Both the position numbers and the translations under genes were made by a program. From Camelus ferus (Eukaryota), in assembly GCF_009834535.1 (NCBI RefSeq), contig NC_045696.1, positions 104,410,001 to 104,474,000 of the forward strand: DNA of 64,000 bases, read 5' to 3'. Position 1 is the first letter of the stretch, and every line of letters begins with the position of its first letter. Shown here in pieces: positions 38,011 through 51,010 of this stretch. Below the pieces are notes generated by a model, which did no database searches, was not told the origin of the DNA, and saw only the letters and a program-made list of their open reading frames with translations.

Positions 38011-41000
38011 GTCACAAAAGATGGTAAGGTGTACATTTTCCGAGGTCAGAAGGCAGGGCCTTCTGGGAGTGGGGAGCAGCCTGGGCTGACTCAGAGGTGG
38101 GAAAGATGGGGAGCTTCCCCAGAGAGCTTTACCAGGGCATCCAAACCGGCTTTCAGCCGAGACTAGGCTTAAGCCTGCAGATTTCTCACACCCAGTAATC
38201 TATGAAGAAGCTGAAGGAAATGCCTAATTAGGGTTTCATAAATGTGGGTCTATGGCCAGGAAGAGCCCCGCAGTAGCCCTTGGCTACAAATGCGGGGACA
38301 AACTGTAACTGAGAAATGATCAAGCCAGGAGGCAGCAAAAATAAATGTGTCAAGGCAATGGCTCCACAATGAAGGAAGGAAATTAGGCAAAGTGACCTTT
38401 TCTGGGGAGAGAGAGGAACTTTAATTCCTGGCCGTTGGTGAATCACTGGGGCGCCCAGCTGGCATCAGGCATATCCAATGCTACCCCAGAGATGATGCCC
38501 AAGGCCTCAGCTGGACTGAAGATGCTTTGCCCTCTGGAAACCTGCAGGTGTGTTCCCAACGGGGCTGCCACAGCTGCCATTTGGTTGGCGAGTGAATCAG
38601 AGACAGAGGCCTAGGGACCTAATGTTGAAGGAGGGTTGGGAGCAGGGACAATGCCAAGGAGGTCTGAGTTGGGAGCAGGCTGGTGAGGGAGTCAGGAGCT
38701 AGGGAAGCCTCCTACGAGGGTACAGGAGAAGATCAGGCTGCCCACGAGTTGGTCCAGATGTCCTGTAGAGGGCCGCCCTGAATGTTCTGAGCTGGTATTC
38801 CCAGGACATTTTTGAACGCAGTTATGCAGTGTGACATACATTTACCTACGAACCAACGTACTAGGGAGCATGCTGGGAGCTGCACAGGATGAAGAACTAT
38901 CAGATATGTGCTTTGCCTTCAAGATTTTCAATCCAAAGTGTGGTTGGGGGAGGGGTTAGGTATCAATGTAGAAGACTTGAATGCACTGGGAACTGAGGTA
39001 AGTCTTACAGACCAGGCGCAAAGCACTGTGAGCTCCCAGGGAGTGGGGAGCTGACTTTGGATGGGAGAAGCAGATATTTTGGGTGGGTAGAACTGTTAAG
39101 AGTTCATTAGGAATGGGTAGCAAGGAAAACATTTCAGGCAAATGGAGTTGAAACCTTTTATTCTTTCATTCATCTGTCCTTTTCATGGCCAAGGAAGGTC
39201 CTAGGTTTGGGGCAAACGGAGAGTCCCTCATTCACTCACTGCTACAGACATGTACCAAATGCACACCCTGTTTTGTGAACGAAAGAAAGCATCTGTCCTC
39301 GTGGAGCTTCCAGTCCAGACACAGAATCAACAGAAAGGCTCATAGCAGGTTGTGACTCACGCCCACAGACCTGTGCCAGGTGATGCGGTGGAGGGGGGCA
39401 GGGTGTCTGATTGCACTGAGAGGAGGGAAGGAAAAAAGACACCGCACTGGGAGGGGCCATGGTGGTTTGGGGAAGGTGAGGAGAGGGAGATGAGGCTGTG
39501 AGGATAGTTTGGAATGGAGGTCCAGAGGCCTGAGGGCTTGGATAGCCTTTCTTCTGTGGGCAGCATGAGGTATGGGCATTTGGGGGCCGGAGGAGGGTGG
39601 TAGCTATAGCAACCACCCGTCATGAAAAATGCTTCTCAATTTTAAAGCAGCTTTTCCTATTCCTTATACTGTTTAGTCCTCACTGCAACCCTGTAAAGCA
39701 GGAGGGCCAGTTCTGTCTTAGGCACCTCTAGAAAAGGGAAAGAGATACTGTGGTTGCTAATCTCAAGGAGTTTATACTGGGAGTTAGGTGCACCACCCCC
39801 TACTCCCCATGGTGAGCGTCCACGCTAGGCCTCTTGTCTTTCCATCCCACACACAACCAGTGGCTCAGAGTCACACGCTCACTGCCAAATCAGGATCCTG
39901 AGCAGACACTGGTCTCCTGAGTGATGGCTTCACAGATCAGATGGCTCCTGAATGGCCCACTAAGTGTTCTACAGACACTTCAAACTCATCACGTCCAGGA
40001 TTGAGCTCTATGCCCCCCAGCTCCTGCCTCACTTGTTCCCTTGCCTGTGTTTCCTGCCTCAGCAAATGCTCCCTCCTCCGATCTGCTTGCTGTCCAAGCC
40101 GGGACACAAGGCATCGCTTTAGACTTGCTCCCCCTTTCCATCCCTCCAGCTAAGTTACAGCCACGTCCTGATGATGCAATGCTGCTGCTCTCATCCACTC
40201 TCCCCTCACTCCTACTCACAATGTTACAATATGGACCAGAGAAGGGAAAGACTGAGAAATGTGTCTGGGACAGGTTATTGTAAGATGGAAAACATTTCAG
40301 CAGGGGAGAGTTTCCAGTGTATCAGGGGAAGGGTGAGAAAGCCCCGGTATGAGTGTGGGTCGGACAGGGAGGGGCTGCCCTGGGGCTGAGATGGCCACAG
40401 AAGGCAGTGGGCAGGGCAGCCAAGGCGGGGGCGGAGGGCGTCCATGCAAGCGGAGCCTAGGTCATGGCTTGGGTGGTCACACCTGCTTTAGGAATTTCTG
40501 GGAACTCATATTCTGGACTTTGGTAAAAATAATTAAAGCCCCCTAAACCTTAACGCCTTCATTTGTAGAGTGAAGACAGTCATAGAATCTGCATCATAGG
40601 GTTATTGTGTGACTCAAGATAAAACAAAGCATCTACGATGCTTAGAGCAGATTTTCAGCCTGAGCAGATATGGAAACTCCTTTCCTTTTCCAAAGACATT
40701 GAGATGCTGCATAAAAACAATCACAAAACAGAACAAAAGTAAGAGAGCTAGAAAGGCCCAGCCTATCAGCCTGTGGTTTCAAAGCCCATGGGAGGAATGA
40801 CTCAGAGAAAACTCGAGCTGGCATGTCTGCATAAAGCCTGGGACTATTTGAAGCCTGGGCCCTGGGACCCCTGCCGCCATTGACCTAGGAATGCAGGGAG
40901 GAAGCCAGCCGGCCACTCTGGAGCAAGTGTCCCCTGAGGTGTTACATCCCTAAGCCTGCTCTGAGCACATGCATGGGCTCCAAGTCCACAGCCCACATGG

Positions 41001-42168
41001 GGTGGAAATCCAAACTCAGACGCTATCTTAAAATGGCATCGGCCTTCAGCAAAGACATACTCCAAACCTCTGGACAAAGATGTGCCCACAGCCCGGGGCA
41101 CGAGCAGGACAATCCCTGCCAGAGGCGAGCTCAGCGTGAAAACTTACGAAAGGAAGAGGAAACCATCCTTTGCGTGTGTGAGGAAAAGCAGACAAGACAT
41201 ACGATTGAACCCGCATTCCAGGAACGAGAGGAAAGGGAGCAACTGGAGGGGGTAGGGGAAGGCAAGTTTGACAAAGAACCAACTAGAAATTCCAGACGTA
41301 AAAGACATAAAATAAAAATAAACCAAGAGAACTGACAAGAGAGTTAGTGAATTGGAAGAGAGATGAGGTTAGAGCAAAATGAAAAATCTGATAAAGCAGC
41401 TACTGAGAGAGATGGGTTCCATGCACGATGGAAGGGTGTATATTCCAACCAATGTCTGGTCAGACGTGCGTGGCCAGAGGTGAGGCTGGAGAAGGGAGGC
41501 TGGGATCCTGAGACGTTCGTACCCCAGTGCTAAGGAGTCTTACTTTAGTGCCTTCTGTTCTAGAAAGCCATTCTTTACTTCAACAGCTTTCTCACGTGTT
41601 AAATTCAGGTAACAGTGGATACAGAGACCTACATAAGCCCCTGGCCCACAGGACATATTTGGAGGGTAGGTCAAAACAACTTTGTTCCCTGAAATCCAGA
41701 GCTATTGAACCAGGAAGGTTAAAACCATGCAAATCAGGGTCATGCCGCGGACTTGCATAGGCCCTTTGGCCTCAGGCCACTGTTTCAGAACGTTTGAAAG
41801 AGAAGTTTTGGTTAGGGCCAAAATCCACCTCATGCCACAAGCAAAGATGCCAGTCTTATTTGCACATCTGTTTAAGATCTCCCCGGGCGGTCGTCGGCAC
41901 TTCTGAACTGGCCGGGAGAAGCATGGTGTGTTTTCCGCGGAAGGTGGTTATGACAGCTCAGAAAGCACCCGCTGGGCCTTCTGTCAGAAAGCGATTGCTG
42001 AGTCAGGGAGCGCAGCACAGGGGAGCAGGGAACATGAAAGGCAGCCTGTGTCAGAGGGACCACCCCCTTTTTGCAATTTGGTTGAGGAACATTTGGGCAG
42101 ATCCTCCAAACCAGCCTGGAAAACCGTCCTTGCCTTTTGTGCTTGGAGAGTGTAAATCAAGAATTGCT

Positions 42169-42527
42169 AACCATAGTTGGTTTTCTATGTCTGTGGGTCT
42201 GCTTTTGGTTTGTATATAGAATTGGTACCTTTTTTTTTTTTTTTTTTTAAGATTCCCCTATGGTTACCAAAGGGGAAAGCGTGGGGAGGTATAAAGTAGG
42301 GGTTGGGGATTATCAGACACAAGTTACTATATATAAAATAGATACACAGCAAGGACCTACTGTAGCACAGGGAGCTATATTCAATTTCCTGTAATAACAT
42401 ATAATAGAAAAGAATCTGAGAAGGGAAAAAAATATATATATGCATATGTATAACTGAATCACTTTGCTCTCTACCTGAAACTAACATTATATATCAACTA
42501 CGCTTCAATAAAAAATTAAAAAAAGAG
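42169..42527 (+). mobile_element. L1 3' end with 5' inversion (inverted 42169-42258, sense 42259-42527), 9-bp TSD
   Basis: First part is the reverse complement of the L1 3' UTR stretch ggaatct(A)n...cagacatagaaaaccaactatggtt; second part continues in sense to caataaaaaa; TSD agaattgct at 42160-42168 and 42528-42536. Confidence 0.88.
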
Positions 42528-43091
42528 AGAATTGCTTGTATTTAAGATTTAAACTCATCCGTGGGAAGAGAAACACACCTTTATTATGCACTGATGATCT
42601 GCCTGGTACCCTGGCACCATGCTATATGGTTTTTGCCTTCGGAATTAGCTTACTGGACCAGCTGGTTTATTCGTTGCCACCGCACTCCTGCATGACACCC
42701 TGGGAAGATCACTTAACTTCTAGGACTTCCTGACAATCTCATTTTCATGTATGAAAAAGTCTGTCCAGGCCAAAGCCCAGCCTGGGGCTGATCTTCAAAT
42801 TCTGCAGATTTGGGGGCTGACACAGGAGCTAGCGATTAGGGCAGGAAAACCTGTTCTCAATGAAGTGGGGACTGCACAGGAGTGAGGAAGAGGGGTGGGA
42901 CCAGCCAGCGGAGATGCGGCCCCTCATTAACCATCACTGGGGAAAATTATCCTCCTTAGATTTCTTCCCAACTGAACTTTCTAGAATGCTGTCCTGCAAA
43001 AGGTACCATGAAAAATGGCGTCCAGGAACAAGAATGCTTTGGCAAAGCCTCATTTCACACAGTAAAACAGATTCTCTTAGCAGGATGACTC

Positions 43092-43662
43092 AGAGCAGCG
43101 CTTCTCCACGTGCAGTCCCTGGACCAATAGCATCAGCATCACCGAGTGTTATAAACGGAATGTCTGTATCCCCTCGAGAATCACACGTGGAAGGCCTAAC
43201 CCCTGATGTGATGGCGTTTGCAGGAGACACCTCTAGGAGATAATTAGGTTTAGATGAGGTCATGAGGGTGGGGCCCCCACGGTAGGATTAGTGTCCTTAT
43301 TAGAAAACGGAGAAAGACCAGAGCCCCCTCCTTTTCTCTCTGCCCTGAGAAGACACAGGGAGAGGGCAGCCACCTGCAGCCTGGGCAGTGGGCCTTCGCC
43401 AGGACCAGATCTGCAGGCACCTTGATCTTGGGCTTCCTAGCCTCCAGAACTGTGAGAAAATAAGCACCTGTTGTTGAGACGGCAGGTCTACGGTATTTTG
43501 TTACAGCAGCCTGAGCTAAGGCACTTGGGAACTTGTTAGACATGCAGATTCTCGGGCTCCACCCCAGACTCACTGAACAGAAACTGGGAGTGGGACCTGG
43601 CAGCCTGTGTTTTAACAGGCCCTCCAGGTGATTTGGACAAGTGAAGTCTGAAAACCTCTCAC
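43092..43662. mobile_element. MER5A-like hAT-Charlie DNA transposon split by the MLT1A LTR
   Basis: Left arm ...gcatcagcatcacc and right arm tgggaacttgttagacatgcagattctcgggctccaccccagac...ttttaacaggccctccaggtgatt join into a continuous MER5A-like sequence. Confidence 0.8.
43147..43523 (+). mobile_element. MaLR solo LTR (MLT1A-like)
   Basis: TG...CA ends; taattaggtttagatgaggtcatgagggtggggcccc and gcaccttgatcttgggcttcctagcctccagaactgtgagaaaataa motifs. Confidence 0.88.
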
Positions 43663-45274
43663 TCAGAGAACTTAATATGCTGATGTGGGGAGAGAAGAGC
43701 CAGGTTGTCAAAATTTCTGACCGCGTTTATTTTGTTTTCTTGTACGGCACCTATGAACATCACTTGGAACAAAAAAATCTCAGATGACACATGCTGTGAG
43801 ATTCATTCAGTTCATTCAACACATGTTGATGGAGTGCCCACTATGCCCCAGACATTTCCTGGTTATTGGGAACATGAGAGTGAATAAAACAGGAAGATTT
43901 CCAGTGCCTTCCCACTGTCCACCATATGCCATTGCCTCACCCCACCCCCACGTCCCCCCCGCCTCTCCTGAAGCTCCCCCTCCTCTGATCACACGTCCCT
44001 CTAGCACCCTGCCTTGAGTACTAGGATTCCCTTGTGCCCCCAAAACAAAAAGCCCTTAAGCTTTTTCTCTCCTCCCCATTTTTTTTTTTTTTTTTTTGCT
44101 TTCAGGACGTGACATGGAATTCATCTGCAGATAACTTCCTCCTGAATTTCCTGAACAGCTGACATATGTCAGGGACCCAGGGGTGCAGACTGGAGCCTTG
44201 GAGGCACGGCCTGCTTGTTGTAGGTTGTAAGCACCCGTGTCCAGAGCGAGTTTCATATTTTCACAGGCTGGGAAGCACATGTCTTCCATTTGACAATTAG
44301 GAAAGAGACAATTTCTCCTCTGGGGTTCTTCCCCTGATCACAGTCAACTGCCCAAAGACCGAGCATATCGCTCGGCTCAAAAAAGGAGCTGTCTTGAAAG
44401 CGAGTCACTTTAGGAGGAGCTTGAGGTGGTTAGAGGCCTGTCCTGTGAGTGTGACCCCTTCCCACGGAAGACTTCGAGTTTCTCAAGGTTCAATATAAGG
44501 GAAAGGATGGCCACTTCACAATTAGCATTTACAGACTGAATGAAAGAATGAATGAAGGAATGAATGAATGATGACAGTGAAGGCCAGCAACAGTGGGAAC
44601 GGTTCCTCTAGAAAAGGGGGACATAAATCCAGCTCTGGAAACTGCAGCAGGCTGGTGGGGATGAGGCCGTATCTGGGTCAAATCCTTGAAATTCTGGGGA
44701 CCTCTCCAGGCTGGCAGTCCAAGAGGAAGAGTTGAGAAGGTCCAGCGGACATGGAGGATTCTGGATAGAAGATGGGAGCCTTATGGGGTGAAGGAAGGAG
44801 GGTGGAGGTCATCAGATATGGGTGAGTCCAAGTAAGATCCTGGCCAGAAAAGGGCCCATGCCTTTTGTGAGGCTTCCCACTGGCCTCTGGCTTCAACGTC
44901 CATCCTGGGGACATCGCACCTCCTAGCAGTCCCAGTGGGAGGCAGCGGCTTTGCGGTGAGCCAGCTCAGGGGAAGTTTCTGCTCTGCCCTCTTACCTGGA
45001 CTGGGACCTGCAGCAAGTTTCTTAGACTTGCTGAGTGCCAGTTTCTTCATCTGTGCAATGCACAGAACACTTGTGTCACAGGAAGATTTGATTATTTATT
45101 CCATGGAAATTTATTGATAGTAATTATGGGTCAGGCATGATGCTAGGTGTGGAGTGTATAAAGTGAGCAAAAATAGACACAGTTCCTTCCCTAGGAAAAG
45201 GAAATGCTCACATAAATAAATGCAGCATTATATCTGAGAGAAATCCCACGAAGGGGACTTACAAGATGCCATAT

Positions 45275-45989
45275 TGTTGCTGGAACTTGGGGCCAGCTGG
45301 CTGCTCAAAAGCCAGTACAAAGAGAGGCATGTGTAGGTAGAAAAGAAATTTTGCTTTATTCCAGAGGCTGGCATCCAGAGTGGGTAGGGGGAGGGCAGAC
45401 TCCTGTCCAAAGGCCAATTCCCTCTCCCCTGACAATCAGGGCCAAGAGCCTTTAAAGGGGAGTTTCAGGGATGTACAGGTGGAGGGAGGGGGCTCCACGC
45501 AGAATGGCACAGTCAACTCTGACCGTCATCTTGAAGTTAGCCACGTGGTGTCTGATCAGCATCATCTTGGTTAATCTTGGTTCAGTGCAGTTAATCTTCA
45601 GTTCCAGGGTCGGTTTGTTCCTTCTCTCTGAGGCCAGTTCTTAGAATTGTGGCAGATTATGTCATGGCTGTGGTCTCGTCTCATGTAGTTAAGTTCTTCC
45701 ACCTGCTGGGGGTTTCAGTATCTACAAGACGGCTCAAAGGCTCAGAATAGTATCTATAGCCAGTGAGGAGGAACTAAAGGTCCTTGACTTTGTTTAATGA
45801 CTAAACTACTATCATTGTTTTTTGTTTGATCGTTTCCCTTTGTTTCTGTATCTTCTTATTTCTCTGATTAAACTTCTTCTTCGACTCAAGTTTTTCTACA
45901 GACAGAAGGCAGGTGGAGGGCATGGCAGTGAGGGGTTGGGGTGTCTGTGCTGGAGAGGCCCCATAGGGTCTGGGTTTTGTTCCATTTCA
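45275..45989 (-). mobile_element. ERV1-class solo LTR (cetartiodactyl MER41/LTR39-like; exact family uncertain), 715 bp, 4-bp TSD
   Basis: TG...CA termini flanked by atat at 45271-45274 and 45990-45993; minus-strand AATAAA at 45360-45355 and TATA-like TTTAAA near 45451-45456. Confidence 0.85.
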
Positions 45990-46799
45990 ATATGAGCCCA
46001 TAACTGGGAGGTTTCCCTGGTCATGGAGATTGGACTTGATGGTGAAGGAAAGGGGGCAGGTGAGGGGGCCCGTGGGGATAAGGACATCAAGGCAGAGGGA
46101 GCGGCACAGGCAGTGGCCCTGTGGCTGGGGCTCAGAGCGGGAGGAGAGGGTGTGTGCCGCGGTGGCCAGAGAACCTGGCGAAGCAGCCGCTGTGGAAGCG
46201 TCCATCTCTGCCCTTCCCCCAACACATCCTCGGGTTGCCCCAAACTCCTTGCCCCCAGATTAGCCTCCTTGTCTCCTCACTCTGGGCTCTATGCTGCCCC
46301 AAATCCGTGGGGATGCCCATTCTTCACCAAGTGCCCACTAGTCAGCCCCACCTCAAGAGGGGTTACAGCAAGTTCAAGGCCAAGGCTCTGCAGCCAGGCT
46401 GATTGGACCGCTTTCTGGCTATGTGAGAGCACAGGGCGACAGGCAAGTCACATGCCCTCTGTGTGCCTCAGGGTCTTCGTCTATAAAACAGAAATGATAG
46501 CAATAGTAACCACTTCATGAGTAAGTACCTCGCTTATGTGACTTAGTACATATAAAACACTTGGAACAGCGCCTTAAAAAAAGTAGGTGTCACTATTGGT
46601 GTTTGCCTGCCCCTCATTACCCTCAGCTGCTTCCACTGCTCCTGGCATGAGCTCTCTGCCCTCCCCGCACTCGGTCCAGGATGTGCCCAAAAGTCCTTGT
46701 GCTGCCTTGCCCCCCACCCCACGACCTGGGCTACTCTGTGCCAGCCCACAGCATCCCCGCCCTCCTCCACCCTCCCAAGTCCCCCTCAACATTCAAGGC

Positions 46800-47090
46800 A
46801 CATCTGTCATTCCACATTTTCTAGTAGCTGCATTAAAAAACTAAAAGAGAAAAAAGAGAATGAACTTTAATAATAGGCTCTGTTTAATCAGATATATCCA
46901 TTCATCATTGCAACATGTACTCAATATTAAAACTTAGTAAGATATTTTATGTTCTACCTTTCTTACTAAGCCTTTGGCATTCATTGTGTATGTTGTACTA
47001 AGAGCATATTTCAGTTCAGACAAGCCATGTTTCAAGCACTCCACCATCACAGATGGCTGGTGGCTATGCCTGTTGGTCAGGCCAGCCCTT
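46800..47090. mobile_element. hAT-Charlie DNA transposon remnant (MER3/MER33-like)
   Basis: gcatatttcagttcagacaagccatgtttcaagcactc...ggctggtggcta motif resembles the MER3/MER33 terminus. Confidence 0.6.
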
Positions 47091-48484
47091 GATTCTGAGA
47101 TCCGTGAGGGCAAGGACCACAGGTGTCTCCATGTGCACCGTAGGTTCTTGGTAAATGCGGACTGCGTAAGTCAAAGTAGGGATGGATGGGTGAACAGCTG
47201 TCATGCTCTACAAAGCCCTGTCTGCTCTCCCCTGAGTCCTCTTCCTCTGGTACTAGGCATACAACCTTTCAGCCATGACCTATGGGTACCAAATCCTGGG
47301 TACCAAGTGCCCAGCAACCTTTCCAAAGAGAAGGTGAGGAATGCACTTACATGACCTGGCGGCCCAGAGAGCACTGTAAGGAGGGATGTGCGAAGGAGAG
47401 ACAGGTGGTGAAGATTCAAGGAAGACAGGCCACAATCTAGGGAGCCCTCAGCCCCCTGCCTTCAGGCAGAGGAGACATAGACAGAAGGAGGGAGGTGTCT
47501 CCCAAAGGGGCTCTCAGTCTCTTAGGGACTCGGCAGGAGAAGCAAGGATTGGCAGGAGGAATGGAGGGAGGGAGTACTTTGGGGCAAAAATGTTTCTTTC
47601 TCTGCTTAATTTCTCCTCTTGCTACTTATCAGCAGATAAATAGCTGTGAGCTGTCCCACATCACTCTCTCCAGCCTCAGGGAGGCTGACATTTGGGGGCA
47701 GTTGCAGAAGAGTGGGTGGGAGGGTCCCCTTCAGGGACCAGCCTTCGGGTCCAGAGAGCACCGGGGACTCGTTCAAGGTGAAACAGCCTGTTAATAGCAG
47801 GGCTGGAGCAAGAACTCCTGTTTCCTCGTGCTTTTGGATGTTATCTCTCGGCAAAGATGAGGATCGTAGGCTCTTTGAAGAGGACCCTAATATACAGGCT
47901 GCCGAGACGCAGCTAACTCTTCGTGTATTTGAAGAAAATTAATTTTTCATTCTACCACTATTCTACCAAAATTCTTATTGAGGCTGGCTATCTGTAAATA
48001 CACAGTCTGACTCCCCCTTGCAAGTTTAAAAAAGAAAAGGTGGAACCTCAGTGGGTATCTTTAGAGAAGTAGAATTATAATTTAGTTGACCTATATCTTG
48101 GTGCTGGTGAATAAATCGCCCTTGAATGATTCAAATAATAAGTTTGGCCCTCTTTGGAAAATTGAGCTGACCACGGATGGAAGTGGTTAAGTGTTTCCAT
48201 CTCCAAACACACAGCATATGCCAGCGTGTCTTGCATCTCAAATCTCGCAGGGTTGTCCTCAGGTGTTGTGGGAGCAGCAACTTGGGTTAACAAACTTTGA
48301 TATTGTAGTGATTGCTTTTACCAAATCATATTCTCACCTTTGTGTATTCTCACCTTTATGTAAACACGTAAGAAATGTATAATCAAAACCAATGCTTTCT
48401 ATATTTGTCATTATACTGCTACTTCAAAGAAAAACGTCTAAGAGCATAAGACACAAAACTCTCAATTCCAGTCACCACCTTATC

Positions 48485-49159
48485 TATGGAACTGAGCTCA
48501 GTTGCCTTGAAGCTGCTTTGCTAGCAGGAATCTGCTACGAACTGTCTCCTTGCTGTAAAAAGCAGAGATATGCTTTGCTCGCTTTGCTTAGTTCGAGGTC
48601 ATAGACTCAGGGCTGCTTGTGCTTATATAAAACCATAACTCGTCCGCTGCCCTAACCGGCAGGACATGCTTCGCTCATCAGGCGCAGGTGGATTGTGTAG
48701 GCTGCTCCTGCTCACAGAAGACTGTGACTTAGCCCTTAGCTGGGGACAGCTGGGCTGCTTCACATGCTTAGACGATTTCTGATCATTGTATGGAGACTCT
48801 GTGGTGGTCTGGGTTTTCATTATCAATTATTCGGAACACTGTAACCTTGCTCATGATTGTTTGAGGTTTAAAATAACCATCTGTACTATCAATATTGTAA
48901 CCTTCTCTCTAAGTATAAATTAAGATTATAATGTTCCCGTTTTTCACGAACTGAAACTGCTGACCTGCATCCCTGCACGTATACCATGCCCCTTACTCAT
49001 TTCAGTGACATATTTCACTTTGACTCTTTGTTTGACTATTCTCAATAAATACAAGAGCTCTGGAGGAGCTCGGGGAGGCGGTCTCCGGCTCCCTCTCACT
49101 CTCTTGACCTAATAAAGTCTTGAATAATCTCGTTCTGCTGCACTGGGACTTGCTGGACA
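48485..49159 (+). mobile_element. Probable ERV solo LTR, relatively CpG-rich (family unassigned)
   Basis: U3-R-U5-like layout: TATA-like ataaata near 49045, AATAAA at 49111-49116, CA end about 43 nt later; many retained CpGs; no clean TSD found, so boundaries are approximate. Confidence 0.6.
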
Positions 49160-50118
49160 AAACCTACGATGACCAGAACCCACAGGTACTGGCTCCATAA
49201 ACAAGGCTCTATGTGGCTAACCTGTCTTGCCTTCCACCACGTGCCCGCCTGCTGAGTGTCAGCGGTGCAGCTGAGACGAGTGTGCCTTCCACATGGAGCG
49301 GCTGGGTCTCGGCACAGACCCTCCGCCACGCGGGCTCCCCACACTGACCTTGCTCTGGTGGCATTCGCAGTGCCTGATTATAATGAAAGGCTATCAGCGG
49401 GCTTTGGCCACACGCATCCCATGGTTGCCCCCATCCTAGCCACACGGGGATCACTTGGTCCTCCCCATCCCACTCTCCCGCAGAGATTTCTGGGGAGAGA
49501 CAGGCTGATTTGCATATCACAGGGGCCTCCAGGGAAGGCATGTGAACAGGTTGCCTCTGCCTGGAATTCCATGAAAAGAAATTGGGTACTTTGTTTGAAC
49601 AGTCAGTCCATTCAGCTTGGGAGAATTTGTAGAAATCTTTAGGGAACAGTTATGGTTTTAAATCCATTAGCACCTCCAAGATCTTAAGCCCAGCCAGTCA
49701 GGGAGATTGGCCCTGGGGAGTTTTCTGGGTTTTGGTCCCTACAAAGCTTTGGGAACAGATCCAGCAGTACCTCTTCTCCCTCCCCAGACCCCCTGCCCTG
49801 CCCCCGAAACACCCAAACAAGCATAAAAACCTGCCGGCACCAACCTTCCCTCGCTCTTGAGAGAAGGCCGGTGTGCTGACCAGCTCTACACCCAGGTTAG
49901 TTACTTGGCGTGGATTTCCAAGTGCAAAGCACCTGCTAGGTCCAAGCTTCAGTCTGATTGTAGCTGTCAGAAAATCCAACAGGGCCTCCACATTAGCTGA
50001 GAGAAGTGTGGCTCATTCATCCTGACTTCCATCCAAGCTACATTGTTCGAAGCCAAAGTTTGACAAAGCCTTCTAACAAAACTGGGAGGGCCTAAGTCCC
50101 CGACTCCACATTGGCCTT

Positions 50119-50527
50119 TGTGTTAGGCTGCTAGGGATGCTGCGCGGAAGGACCGCCCACTAGTGGCCTAAAACAGTAAGAACTATTGGCCTCACAGTTC
50201 TGCAGGCTAGAAGTCTGAGACCAAGGTGTCCGTGGGGTTGGTCCTTCTTAGGGTTCCAAGGGAGAATTGGCTCCATGCCTCTGAGTTTAGGAAGCCATGG
50301 GCACTCCTGGGCTCACAGACGCATCCTCCCAATCCCCTGTCTTCACATGGCTGTCTTCTTATAAGGACACCAGTCATATTGGCTTAGAGGCCACCCTACT
50401 CCAGTATGACCTCATCTCAACTAATTCCATTTGCAACAACCTTATTTGCAAATAAGGTCACATTCTGAGGTATTGGAGGTTAGGACTTTACCGTCTGCTT
50501 TGGTGGGACCCAAATCAACCCATAACA
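50119..50527 (-). mobile_element. MaLR solo LTR (MLT1B/C-like)
   Basis: ctcacagttctgcaggctagaagtctgagaccaaggtg and cttataaggacaccagtcatattgg...aaataaggtcacattctgaggta motifs; near-TSD gcctt/gcttt. Confidence 0.88.
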
Positions 50528-51010
50528 GCTTTCCTACCATGTTCCCAAAGTGCACGGTGAGGGACAGAAGGCCTTCACAGCATTCCATCCTGTCACCCAC
50601 CAGGACAGCAACAGCAAGTGGCTATACAGGTCACCACTGGTTTTTTGTATGAGGAAAGAAGATTCTTTGAATCCTGTATAATAATGGTGAGCTGTGAGAG
50701 GTTATAGCTGTTCAGGGAGTGTACATAAAAGGGGAATGCCTAATTAAATAATTTAATCCCACTAAAAGGTATGTACACTGTAGTCATTAATTCATCCATT
50801 CATTCATTCATCTATTCAATCAATATGCATGCAGCCTGCCATGTGCTAGGCACCCTGCCTCGTGTGGAAGAGGCTGAGGTCCTGCTGGTGAGCCGGAGCC
50901 TTGGCTCTGCTGGGCCAGGTCTCTGAGGCTCCCTCTCCAGCAATCTGGCAGAAGCGGGAAGATGCTCAGCCTTAAGATCACTTCCTAGAGCATTTATTCT
51001 TATGCCTGAG

